In this document: positions 8,858-17,095 of the stretch, piece by piece
Layout of the letters: the number at the start of each line of letters is the position of its first letter
Position numbering within the stretch: position 1 is the first letter of the stretch
From: Chlamydiia bacterium
GTDB taxonomy: Bacteria; Chlamydiota; Chlamydiia; Chlamydiales; JAAKFQ01
Length of the DNA stretch: 18,771 bases
Direction of reading: 5' to 3'
Assembly: GCA_041688145.1 (NCBI GenBank)
Contig: JBDNIV010000033.1
Location: 1-18,771, forward strand
Program-made: the position numbers and the translations under genes
Notes under the pieces: generated by a model
Told to the model about the DNA's origin: nothing
Databases searched by the model: none
What the model saw: only the letters and a program-made list of their open reading frames with translations

Positions 8858-9778
8858 ATGCGACAGATTTATTATAAGTCATTAAAAAACAATACGTTTA
8901 AGAAGATAGACTCTCTTAGAAAGGGCGCTTGGTTGCACATTGATAATGCGAGCTTGCCCGATCTAGAAGAGGTGTGTAATGAGCTTGATATTGACTTAGA
9001 AGACGTGCGTGATGCACTTGATCCCTATGAAGTCCCACGATTAGAAAAGCACCCTAAATACACCCTTATTTTCGCAAGAGTCCCTATTGAACGTGGAGAG
9101 GACCTTCACACTCAGACACTCACCATAATCCTTTGCAAGGAAATTATTGTAACTGTGTGCCCCAAAGCCTCTTCTATTATTTCCCAGCTTCTTGCTAAAA
9201 ACCCAAAACTCCACACGACTCAAAAGACAAAATTTGTCCTCTATGTACTGCCCAAAATTACAGAGGCTTTTCATGCTAAAATACGCAGTGTCCAAAATAA
9301 TGTCCTAAAAACAAAAGGACAAGTTGAGCATGCCGATAGTAAACATATCTTGTCTCTGACAAAAAATGAAGAGACCTTAAATCAATACCAATCCGCGCTT
9401 GTGCCTCTGGGTAATGCGCTTGAGCAGTTAGCTAAAGGCAAAATATTCCCCCTACATGAAGAAGATGAAGAGCTGCTAGAAGACCTCCTGATTGCTTTAA
9501 AGCAAAGCTTAGAATCTTCGCGTGTCCATCTAAAGAGCATTGTAAGTCTAAGAAGCTGCTATCAAATGATCTTTACCAACACTCTGAATAAAACCACAAA
9601 AATCTTAACATCGCTTGCAGTCATCTTTATGATTCCTACTTTACTTGCAAGTCTCTATGGGATGAATGTGGCTTTGCCATTTGCATCAAGTCCCATAGCT
9701 TTTTTAGGAATCTTGGGATTTTCACTGATTCTATCTATTGGAGCTTTGATTGTGTTCTATTGGAGAAAGTGGCTTTAG
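8858..9778 (+). CDS. corA: CorA-family Mg2+/Co2+ transporter
   Basis: Large soluble N-terminal domain (DALDPYEVPRLE), then two C-terminal TM helices with the GMN signature (PTLLASLYGMNV) and a basic tail WRKWL. Confidence 0.9.
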   Translation: MRQIYYKSLKNNTFKKIDSLRKGAWLHIDNASLPDLEEVCNELDIDLEDVRDALDPYEVPRLEKHPKYTLIFARVPIERGEDLHTQTLTIILCKEIIVTVCPKASSIISQLLAKNPKLHTTQKTKFVLYVLPKITEAFHAKIRSVQNNVLKTKGQVEHADSKHILSLTKNEETLNQYQSALVPLGNALEQLAKGKIFPLHEEDEELLEDLLIALKQSLESSRVHLKSIVSLRSCYQMIFTNTLNKTTKILTSLAVIFMIPTLLASLYGMNVALPFASSPIAFLGILGFSLILSIGALIVFYWRKWL

Positions 9779-9966
9779 AACTGGTGAGGCACAGAGACCA
9801 TAGAGCGGCCTGAGTCTTCAATAAGGGCCTGGTTATTGGTCGCTGGCACTCTGTGCAAGTGATCCTCAGGCTCAGAACGATAACATCCTGAAAAAAGGAT
9901 AGATCCGCTAAAAAGCAGAACCAAAAGACCAAAGCGTAAAAATCTGAATTTTAGAATGTCTTGCAT
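9775..9966 (-). CDS. Small putative lipoprotein (63 aa), function unknown
   Basis: Basic N-region, hydrophobic core FGLLVLLFSGSILF and lipobox FSG-C. Fills the gap between corA and the FliO-like gene; its stop codon overlaps the corA stop. Confidence 0.7.
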   Translation of the reverse strand: MQDILKFRFLRFGLLVLLFSGSILFSGCYRSEPEDHLHRVPATNNQALIEDSGRSMVSVPHQF

Positions 9967-10057
9967 AGTCGCTATCTTAAGCTAATATCTGAATAAAAAC
10001 CATAGTCAAAAACCCTTTAAAATAGCTAAGATCGAATTTAAGGAAGAGCTACAACTT

Positions 10058-10606
10058 ATGCACCACTGTCGATCGTTTATTTTTTTATCTCTATTTGCGC
10101 TTTTTACCCAAATAGCCCCTACCTGCGCTATGGGAGATAAAAGCGCTGCAAATGGGAATACTGCTTTAGATGACGCGATGTTTAAAACGCCGATAGAGCT
10201 TGCACTTGCTGAAGCAGAAGCTGCAAATAAACTCCACAATGAAGCTCAGCCATTAGAAGTCGATTTCAGCAAAGAAATGATCCGTATGCTGGGGGCTTTA
10301 GGAGCTATTTTATTGCTTCTATTTGCAACAATTTATGTGCTTAGACGCGTCTCAACGCAAAGAGCGTTTAAGACAGGCTCTTTAGCTGCTATTAACATCA
10401 TTGAGAGAAAAGCACTTTCCCCTAAATCTACTCTTTATCTCATCGAGTTTGATGGCAAGCGCACTCTTATAGCTGAATCAAGCAATGATGTGCGCACTTT
10501 AGCTTTTTCTGAAAAAAAAGAAGAAATGCATCCTGAAAAAGATACGCAAGACAAAGAGATTCCTTCCAATTTCCCTAGCTTCAAGGACTTCTTCAAAAAA
10601 AAATAA
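10058..10606 (+). CDS. fliO: FliO-like (FliO/MopB family) membrane protein
   Basis: N-terminal signal-like segment, one TM helix (MLGALGAILLLLFATIYVL) followed by RR, then the FliO-type beta domain INIIERKALSPKSTLYLIEFDGKRTLIAES. Recognised by pattern only. Confidence 0.7.
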   Translation: MHHCRSFIFLSLFALFTQIAPTCAMGDKSAANGNTALDDAMFKTPIELALAEAEAANKLHNEAQPLEVDFSKEMIRMLGALGAILLLLFATIYVLRRVSTQRAFKTGSLAAINIIERKALSPKSTLYLIEFDGKRTLIAESSNDVRTLAFSEKKEEMHPEKDTQDKEIPSNFPSFKDFFKKK

Positions 10607-10680
10607 AAAGCTCCTGCTTTTGATTACAGGCTCTTTTAATCCCCTATCGCCTTCTCTAATTATTTTCCTACTAGATTTTC

Positions 10681-10709
10681 TTGACGCAGCTTAGCTTAGC
10701 CGGCATGAT
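10681..10709 (+). promoter_or_regulatory. Putative sigma70/sigma66 promoter for tamAB
   Basis: TTGACG-N17-CATGAT, 31 nt upstream of the ATG at 10741. Confidence 0.55.
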
Positions 10710-10740
10710 AGAGACCCTATAAGCAGAGGTTTTATCGTCA

Positions 10741-12567
10741 ATGAAAGCAGCTATGGGCTTTGGCCTTTTTTTGCGAGTTGTATGCTTGTGTCTCGTGCTT
10801 TGTCCTACATATGGCAAAAAGCCTAATGCTGCTCTTCTCTACTATAAAGTAAAGTTCTCTTACGATTTACCTCCTAAAATACTAGAAAATTTACAAGATC
10901 AGTCTAAGCTTGTTAGCTTACAAAACCGCCCTATCCAGTCCATTGCAGCTTTGCACTTCAGAGCAGAAAAAGATATTTCCCCTATGTTGGCAGTCCTGCA
11001 CTCTTCGGGCTACTACGATGCTGTTATCAAAAACCAGTTATTAAAAGAACCCTCGGGCATTTTAGAAGTACATGTCAATGTGAAGCTTGGTATTCAGTAC
11101 AAACTAGAATCGTTTAATATTATAAATGCATCATCTCCTGGCTCTGCTACCTTTGAAGAAGAAAATGATATAATCAAGATAATCACGCTGAAGTACTTAG
11201 GCCTTGAACTAGGTCAGCCTGCAGATGCAACTACTATTCTAGAAGCTGAAAGGCGGATTGTACACCATCTTAGACGCAAGGGGTACCCGCTCGCAAAAAT
11301 TACTGATAGAAAATCTATTGCTGATCGCAAATTGCGTGATGTAAAAATTACTCTCTATGTAGTCCCTGGGCCCTACGCCTACTTTGGAGGTGTGTGTATT
11401 GAAGGTCTTCATAGGGTAAATCCTGAATATGCAAAGTACCTCATTAACTGGCATAAATGTGAACCTTTTGACATTGGTCTAATTCATCAGACTCAGTCTA
11501 ATTACTTTGATACAAGCCTGTTTAGCTATGTTTCTATTACATATCCTGAAGATATCCATAATGGGGAAAAGCTGCCCATGCATATCTCAGTCAAAGAGGC
11601 TAAGCAGCGCAGCTTTTCTATCGGTGTTAACTACGCTACTATTGATGGCTTTGGAGCTTCTTTGGGTTGGGAACACCGCAATTTTAGAGGCCTAGGTCAA
11701 CGCTTATCCTTTCAGGCAAACATCTCTAAACACTTTAAGGACATCGCCGCCTCATATAGAGAGCCTAACTTAAAAAAAAAGGGCCGCTTTCGCACGTGGA
11801 AAGTAGAATCAAGCACACAGTCGTATAAAAGCTTTTCAGCAAAGTCAATCGCTTTATATCGCCGTTTTGACCGTAATGTAAATCGTTATTTCAAAGAGTC
11901 TTGGGGCTGGACAGTTGAGAATTTGCGTGATGAGACAGGCTACTCAAGAGGCCACTATACTCTCTTAAAAGCCCCTATTTTCTTTAGATGGTCTACAGCG
12001 GGAGATCCTTTAAACCCTGTAAAAGGTAATGAGTTTAATGCTGGTTTTACAGGAACACTTGATGTAGCTGAACCGAGTTTGCGTTACCTCAAGATGCGTT
12101 TTAGCCATTCTATGTATTTCCCCCTCTCCCCTTCTAAAAATAGCATGCTTGCATTGCGCACATATTTTGGCTCTATTATTGGGGCTGAACTTATGCGTAT
12201 TCCTGCATCAAAGCGTTTTTATGCAGGTACTGAACAGTTTTTACGTGGCTATGACTACTTAACAGTCAGCCCTCTCAATAGCAACAATCAGCCTATTGGA
12301 GGGAAAAGCATGCTCATCTACAACTTAGAGCTGCGTTTTCGCTCTGCAGAAAACCTAGGTTTTGTGCTTTTTTACGATATTGGCCAGGTTTATCCTCAAA
12401 GCTTTATCAACCGCCACTTCCATCTTATACAATCAGTCGGCATAGGTGGGCGCTATTTCTCTATTCTTGGCCCCTTGAGTATAGACTTAGCCTTTCCTGT
12501 AAATCGCAGAAGAGGCTATGAAAACTCTTTACTAAAGTTGTATGTCAGTATAGGACAAACATTTTAA
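10741..12567 (+). CDS. tamA: Translocation and assembly module Omp85 protein TamA
   Basis: 608 aa with signal peptide, room for about three POTRA domains (LHSSGYYDA, LRRKGYPLA, PGPYAYFG), barrel start WEHRNFRGLG, RFYAG...LRGY motif and C-terminal LYVSIGQTF; directly upstream of a TamB-like gene. Confidence 0.88.
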   Translation: MKAAMGFGLFLRVVCLCLVLCPTYGKKPNAALLYYKVKFSYDLPPKILENLQDQSKLVSLQNRPIQSIAALHFRAEKDISPMLAVLHSSGYYDAVIKNQLLKEPSGILEVHVNVKLGIQYKLESFNIINASSPGSATFEEENDIIKIITLKYLGLELGQPADATTILEAERRIVHHLRRKGYPLAKITDRKSIADRKLRDVKITLYVVPGPYAYFGGVCIEGLHRVNPEYAKYLINWHKCEPFDIGLIHQTQSNYFDTSLFSYVSITYPEDIHNGEKLPMHISVKEAKQRSFSIGVNYATIDGFGASLGWEHRNFRGLGQRLSFQANISKHFKDIAASYREPNLKKKGRFRTWKVESSTQSYKSFSAKSIALYRRFDRNVNRYFKESWGWTVENLRDETGYSRGHYTLLKAPIFFRWSTAGDPLNPVKGNEFNAGFTGTLDVAEPSLRYLKMRFSHSMYFPLSPSKNSMLALRTYFGSIIGAELMRIPASKRFYAGTEQFLRGYDYLTVSPLNSNNQPIGGKSMLIYNLELRFRSAENLGFVLFYDIGQVYPQSFINRHFHLIQSVGIGGRYFSILGPLSIDLAFPVNRRRGYENSLLKLYVSIGQTF

Positions 12568-12576
12568 TAGGTAATA

Positions 12577-15500
12577 ATGATGAAAAAACGCTTTTCAAAA
12601 GCTCCGAAAAAATTGCCTAAGCCATGGATTAAAAGGCTTCAGCATTGGATTTTCGGAACAGCGATCTTCATAGGCCTTATTGTTATGGGGCTAAAATTCT
12701 ACACACCAAAAGCTGCTATTCCTCTTATTGAAGGGTACGCAAAAAAGCAAGGCATTGAGCTTAAGATAGATCGTATTGAGAGCTGGTTTCCTTTCCGCTG
12801 TCATATCACTCACTTTGTTTATGAGAAAAAAGGGCTTGGCATCCTTAGGATGGAAGATACTTCTGTACAGCTTGCTAAACTACCTATGATTAAACGTTCT
12901 ATTAGAATTGACAAATTTACTGTAAAGCGCGCGCGCTTAGAGCTTAGTGCACACACTTCTGTAGACAAAAAAACACCTATCACCTGGCCTAATGCTTTTT
13001 TTGGTATCAATTTGCGCAATTTAAACATTGTAGAGCTCACCTTCCTAAAGCCTGGAGAAAAGCCTTTTATTCTCTCTGTAAACGCTAAAGGATACATCTC
13101 TAAAGGCGCTGAGAAAATTGAGCTTAACACAAAAATTCATGAAAAAGCTCCTTATGAAGAAGTCGTAGAATTAGGCTTTAAAGCATCTAAAAAAACTAAG
13201 ATTATTCACTTAGAGGCTAACTTTCTTGAAAAAGGTCAAGGGTGGCTTGAAGAGCAACTTAAAAGCTTTTTACCTCTTGATACTATTGCTTTAAACGTAA
13301 AAGCAAGTGGGCACATAGCGCATTGGCTTGCTCTTATTAAAAACCACCATCCTAAAAACTTAGCTTTTCTCCCCCCCATTCGCGGATCACTCGATGCACG
13401 GGTTAGCTTCAAAGAGACTCAAGATAAAAACCCTTGGCTCCGTTGCTTTTTTTCACAAACCACAGGAGCTAAAGCTCAGTTTGCTATTTCACACAGGCAA
13501 ATTTTAGAAATTAAGGAGTGCTCAGTTAAAGGCGCCTACCTTCTAGGAAAGGTGCAAGGCAAGATCAATTTAAAGGAGAAAAGTGTACGGGGCTTAGATG
13601 CCCATATTGAGCTCAATTCATGGCCAAAGTGCGCCTCTTCCATAAATATTGCCCTTAAAAAGCCTCTTCAGTTAGAAGCAAAAGTACAAGGCCCTTTTGA
13701 AAATTTAGCACTCATATGTAAGTGGTATAAGCAAGATATTGGTATTCATTCGACCTTTTTTAATAACCTTTCAGGTCAAATCACCTCAAATTTAGAAAAG
13801 GGAAACTTTTCAGGCAAAGCTGAAAGCTTTTTCTATATAGAAAATAGGCGCTTTAATGCCGAATTTATCTTTAGCCAATTAGGAAAAAACTTGGTTATTA
13901 AGCCACTGGTTATTAAGTCTGCTGGTGGCAGCCTTACAGGAGAGGGTGTTTATTCTTTTGTTAAAGGGAATTGGGATACTTTTGATTTTGCCCTAGATAC
14001 TCAAAATACCAATTTTTTCCAAAAGCACCTTTTACCTGAAGCAACAGATCTTAAAATAGGGCACTTTGTAGCTACAGGAAACTATTCACAAAAAGACGAT
14101 GATACAGGAAGTCTTAAGATTAATGGGGATATCACACATCTTGAGTTTAAAGAGATGTTTGCCTCTGATGCAAATATAAACGCTGATATTTCAAATCCTT
14201 TTATTACACCCAGAGGTGATGTAAATCTTTCTCTTCAAAACGTTCATATCTCTAAAGTTCATGTACCGAAAGTCGATATTGATGCTCAGATTGACAGCCG
14301 TAAAGGCGCCTTTTCTATCCGCCTAGAACACTTGCCTGAAGAGTGCATGGCCTTAAATGCTAAGGGCCGCTGGTCATACGGCAATGATCACATAGCCATT
14401 TATCTCAGAGAGGTTTTTGGAAATATACGTGAGTTTGACTTTCAGATAGGCAATTCTACTGAGTTCAATTTCTCTCAAGGGAATTTCCGTTTAGAGCCTA
14501 TGCTTATGAAAATAGGTACTGGCTTTATTGCAGCATCTATAAATACAGGCGATGTTGTAGGCTTAAGCGTCAAGTTACAAGATGTTCCTACAGCGCTCAT
14601 CTCTTTAATAGACCCCAAGATCACCGCTAAAGGCACGGTCAGTGGTGACTTTATCTATCAAGGTCAAGCTCAAAATCCTAATGCTCATGCGCATTTTGTT
14701 TTTAGTGACTGCTCACTTGAATATGTACACTGGCCTGTTTTCCATGATAAAGAGGCTATTACAAGGTTTAAGCTTCAGCAAAATGTCTTTTCTATTTCTA
14801 CCTCTGTACAAAGCTCAGGCAAGCAAGACCTATATTTTGGAGCCTCTATCCCTGTAGAGATTCAGGCCTACCCTTTTTACATGGAGCTCGACCGCTCAAA
14901 GCCCTTTCACGCAAATGTGCAACTTGATACAAATATAGCTGATTTTTCTGAATATCTTTCTGCTAGTGGCCACTCTTTAAGTGGACATGTATCAGGAGGT
15001 CTTACTTTTAGTGAAACGCTCAATCACCCCTCTATTACAGGAAGCTTGAATTTTGCAAATGGGCAATATGAAAACTATGAGTCAGGCCTTATCTTGCGCA
15101 ATTTTTCATTTGATCTTATCGGCCGTGGAGACAAGCTTGACTTAGAGCAATTTTCTAGCTACGACCCTAAGCAAGGTCGCATCACAGCTAAAGGCACCAT
15201 TAATGCAAATTTTAATGACAACTTCCCCTTTGATCTAAAAGCAATCTTTAGTGAAGCGCTTATTGTGAATCTGGATAATAACACAGCCAAAAGTACAGGC
15301 ATTTTGTCTTTAAAAGGAAATTTCAAAAAAGCGCTTCTAAAAGGAAAGCTCAACATATCTTCTGCTAACCTTGATATCCCGGACAAACTTCAAGCGCAAC
15401 CTCCCTCTTTAAATATCGAATTTGTGGGAGGTAAAAAACAGCCGAAAACAGCTCTTAAAAAGAGCCCTATGGTCCTTAATTTCGATGTGCATTTTAATGC

Positions 15501-16236
15501 CCCAAACACTCTGACTGTACAAGGGCGAGGCCTTAAGTCTATCTGGGGCGGCTCAGTCCATGCTCAAGGAAGCTCTGAGGACTTTAAGCTTTTTGGTAAG
15601 CTCTCTGTCCATTCAGGCTCTTTTAAGTTCGCCAAGATCTCCTTTAACCTTACTGAAGGCACGATCACTTTTGATGGCCCTTTGAGAAAAACAACGATTA
15701 GCTTAGTAGCGGAACAAGCCGTAAATGACCTAAACGTCTATATAGCGCTTAGAGGCCCACTTGCCTCTCCAAGACTGACCCTTTCTTCTGTGCCTGACAT
15801 CCCTCTAAGCAATCTACTTTCCCGAATCTTATTCAATAAGGACATCTCGGAAATTGACCCCTTTCAAGCTCTCCAACTCGCTCAAACAGCACTTGAGCTT
15901 TCTAGTGGTGAGGTCAGTGTCACTGACCGTATTCAGAATTCTATGGGCCTAGATGTTTTCTCTTTTACCTCTTCGACCTACTCAAACTCAGGAGATAATG
16001 ACCCCAACACAGATAACGCCTCAACAGATGCAGCAGATAGTACCTCTGTGCCTGTTGCTGTACAAGTCGGCAAGTACATCACTCGAGGAGTGTTGCTCAC
16101 TATGACACAAGGCACAACGGCTGAGTCTGCTAAGTATAATATCGACATTGATCTGCAATATGGTCTTATGCTGCAGCTAGAGACTATGCAAAACCGCGAG
16201 GGCAAGATAGCACTTAAGTGGAACAAAACATATTAA
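12577..16236 (+). CDS. tamB: Translocation and assembly module subunit TamB (AsmA-like, C-terminal DUF490)
   Basis: 1219 aa with an N-terminal signal anchor (WIFGTAIFIGLIVMGL) and a beta-rich body. The C-terminus is TamB-like: VQGRGL, LSSVPDIPLSNLLSRILF, VQVGKYIT and LKWNKTY. Starts 9 nt after tamA. Confidence 0.88.
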   Translation: MMKKRFSKAPKKLPKPWIKRLQHWIFGTAIFIGLIVMGLKFYTPKAAIPLIEGYAKKQGIELKIDRIESWFPFRCHITHFVYEKKGLGILRMEDTSVQLAKLPMIKRSIRIDKFTVKRARLELSAHTSVDKKTPITWPNAFFGINLRNLNIVELTFLKPGEKPFILSVNAKGYISKGAEKIELNTKIHEKAPYEEVVELGFKASKKTKIIHLEANFLEKGQGWLEEQLKSFLPLDTIALNVKASGHIAHWLALIKNHHPKNLAFLPPIRGSLDARVSFKETQDKNPWLRCFFSQTTGAKAQFAISHRQILEIKECSVKGAYLLGKVQGKINLKEKSVRGLDAHIELNSWPKCASSINIALKKPLQLEAKVQGPFENLALICKWYKQDIGIHSTFFNNLSGQITSNLEKGNFSGKAESFFYIENRRFNAEFIFSQLGKNLVIKPLVIKSAGGSLTGEGVYSFVKGNWDTFDFALDTQNTNFFQKHLLPEATDLKIGHFVATGNYSQKDDDTGSLKINGDITHLEFKEMFASDANINADISNPFITPRGDVNLSLQNVHISKVHVPKVDIDAQIDSRKGAFSIRLEHLPEECMALNAKGRWSYGNDHIAIYLREVFGNIREFDFQIGNSTEFNFSQGNFRLEPMLMKIGTGFIAASINTGDVVGLSVKLQDVPTALISLIDPKITAKGTVSGDFIYQGQAQNPNAHAHFVFSDCSLEYVHWPVFHDKEAITRFKLQQNVFSISTSVQSSGKQDLYFGASIPVEIQAYPFYMELDRSKPFHANVQLDTNIADFSEYLSASGHSLSGHVSGGLTFSETLNHPSITGSLNFANGQYENYESGLILRNFSFDLIGRGDKLDLEQFSSYDPKQGRITAKGTINANFNDNFPFDLKAIFSEALIVNLDNNTAKSTGILSLKGNFKKALLKGKLNISSANLDIPDKLQAQPPSLNIEFVGGKKQPKTALKKSPMVLNFDVHFNAPNTLTVQGRGLKSIWGGSVHAQGSSEDFKLFGKLSVHSGSFKFAKISFNLTEGTITFDGPLRKTTISLVAEQAVNDLNVYIALRGPLASPRLTLSSVPDIPLSNLLSRILFNKDISEIDPFQALQLAQTALELSSGEVSVTDRIQNSMGLDVFSFTSSTYSNSGDNDPNTDNASTDAADSTSVPVAVQVGKYITRGVLLTMTQGTTAESAKYNIDIDLQYGLMLQLETMQNREGKIALKWNKTY

Positions 16237-16265
16237 GAATCATTTTAATTAGATTAGAATGATTC
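16237..16265. terminator. Hairpin immediately after the tamB stop (possible terminator or mRNA 3' stabiliser)
   Basis: GAATCATTTTAAT-TAG-ATTAGAATGATTC forms a 13-bp stem with one G:U pair. It is AT-rich and has no immediately adjacent U tract. Confidence 0.4.
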
Positions 16266-16478
16266 CTGATATCTTGTTTTTTTAATCTATGCTCCCCCCA
16301 TTTATTAGTGTATTTTCTTCTATTTAGTACTTAGGCCTAAGCACTACTTAGTATAAGAAATCTCAAAAAAGAATCGCAATCAAACAAATAACATATTAAT
16401 AAAAATTAAACTATTTATAATTTAAAACTAAAAAAGCCATTAAAATGTTTTTTATACAAATCTTTAAAGAGAAAAAAA

Positions 16479-16507
16479 TTGACTCGATAGATAAGAATTG
16501 TTAAAAT
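16479..16507 (+). promoter_or_regulatory. Strong sigma70/sigma66 promoter of the three-gene operon
   Basis: TTGACT-N17-TAAAAT with an extended -10 TG (16499-16500) and an A tract just upstream of the -35. RBS AAGGAG at 16528-16533 precedes the ATG at 16540. Confidence 0.75.
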
Positions 16508-16539
16508 AGGAAGATATCATGAATTAAAAGGAGATAAAA

Positions 16540-17064
16540 ATGGCAGAAGGAATAAACCGTCCAGACTACGCTTTAGCAGATGTAGTAATGAGTCAGCACG
16601 ACGCTCTTTATGAACACCACTTAGGTGTTGAAGCTAATACAGAAAAACTGCAAGCAGTTAATGAACTTCTAAATATCTGTGCAGACACTAAAGAAGCTGC
16701 AAAAGATTCTAAAAAAGCGCCTGAGTTTGAAAATTTTTCCCGTGTTCAAGAGCTTTGGGAGCATATTAAAGATGTAAGCACACCTGAACTTGCAGGCATG
16801 ATGAGCCAATGGGTCGAGAACTTAGAGAGCAAAGCTCAAAATAATGACCATAACCATATACCGATTACAAAAGAAGAACTTAAAAAGTTCGAGCGTGGCC
16901 TTTCTACAAGCAACCGCAAAGTAGAAATGGACATCCAAACAATCATGAGCCGCCTGTCTTATTTCAAAGATATACTTTACGTGAATAACCAGATTGCTAA
17001 AAGCACAGCTGATTCTATGGATCGCGTTCATCAAGCGTTCTTGCGTGTTGGAAAAGCCCATTAA
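16540..17064 (+). CDS. Hypothetical alpha-helical protein; candidate T3SS tip/filament (SctA, EspA/Bsp22-like) subunit
   Basis: Strong RBS, no signal peptide and no TM segment. The long C-terminal amphipathic helix (ITKEELKKFERGLSTSNRKVEMDIQTIMSRLSYFKDILYVNNQIAKSTADSMDRVHQAF) resembles tip/filament C-termini. The CDS itself is secure; the functional call is inferred. Confidence 0.5.
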   Translation: MAEGINRPDYALADVVMSQHDALYEHHLGVEANTEKLQAVNELLNICADTKEAAKDSKKAPEFENFSRVQELWEHIKDVSTPELAGMMSQWVENLESKAQNNDHNHIPITKEELKKFERGLSTSNRKVEMDIQTIMSRLSYFKDILYVNNQIAKSTADSMDRVHQAFLRVGKAH

Positions 17065-17095
17065 TTAATACTAGGATAAAAAAGAGCTTAATAAC

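Noticed and set aside
16237..16539. AT-rich intergenic region as an ncRNA gene or mobile-element end
   Set aside because: There is no tRNA-like or known ncRNA structure, no transposase or integrase, and no matching terminal repeat on the other side of the operon. It is explained adequately as terminator plus promoter DNA.
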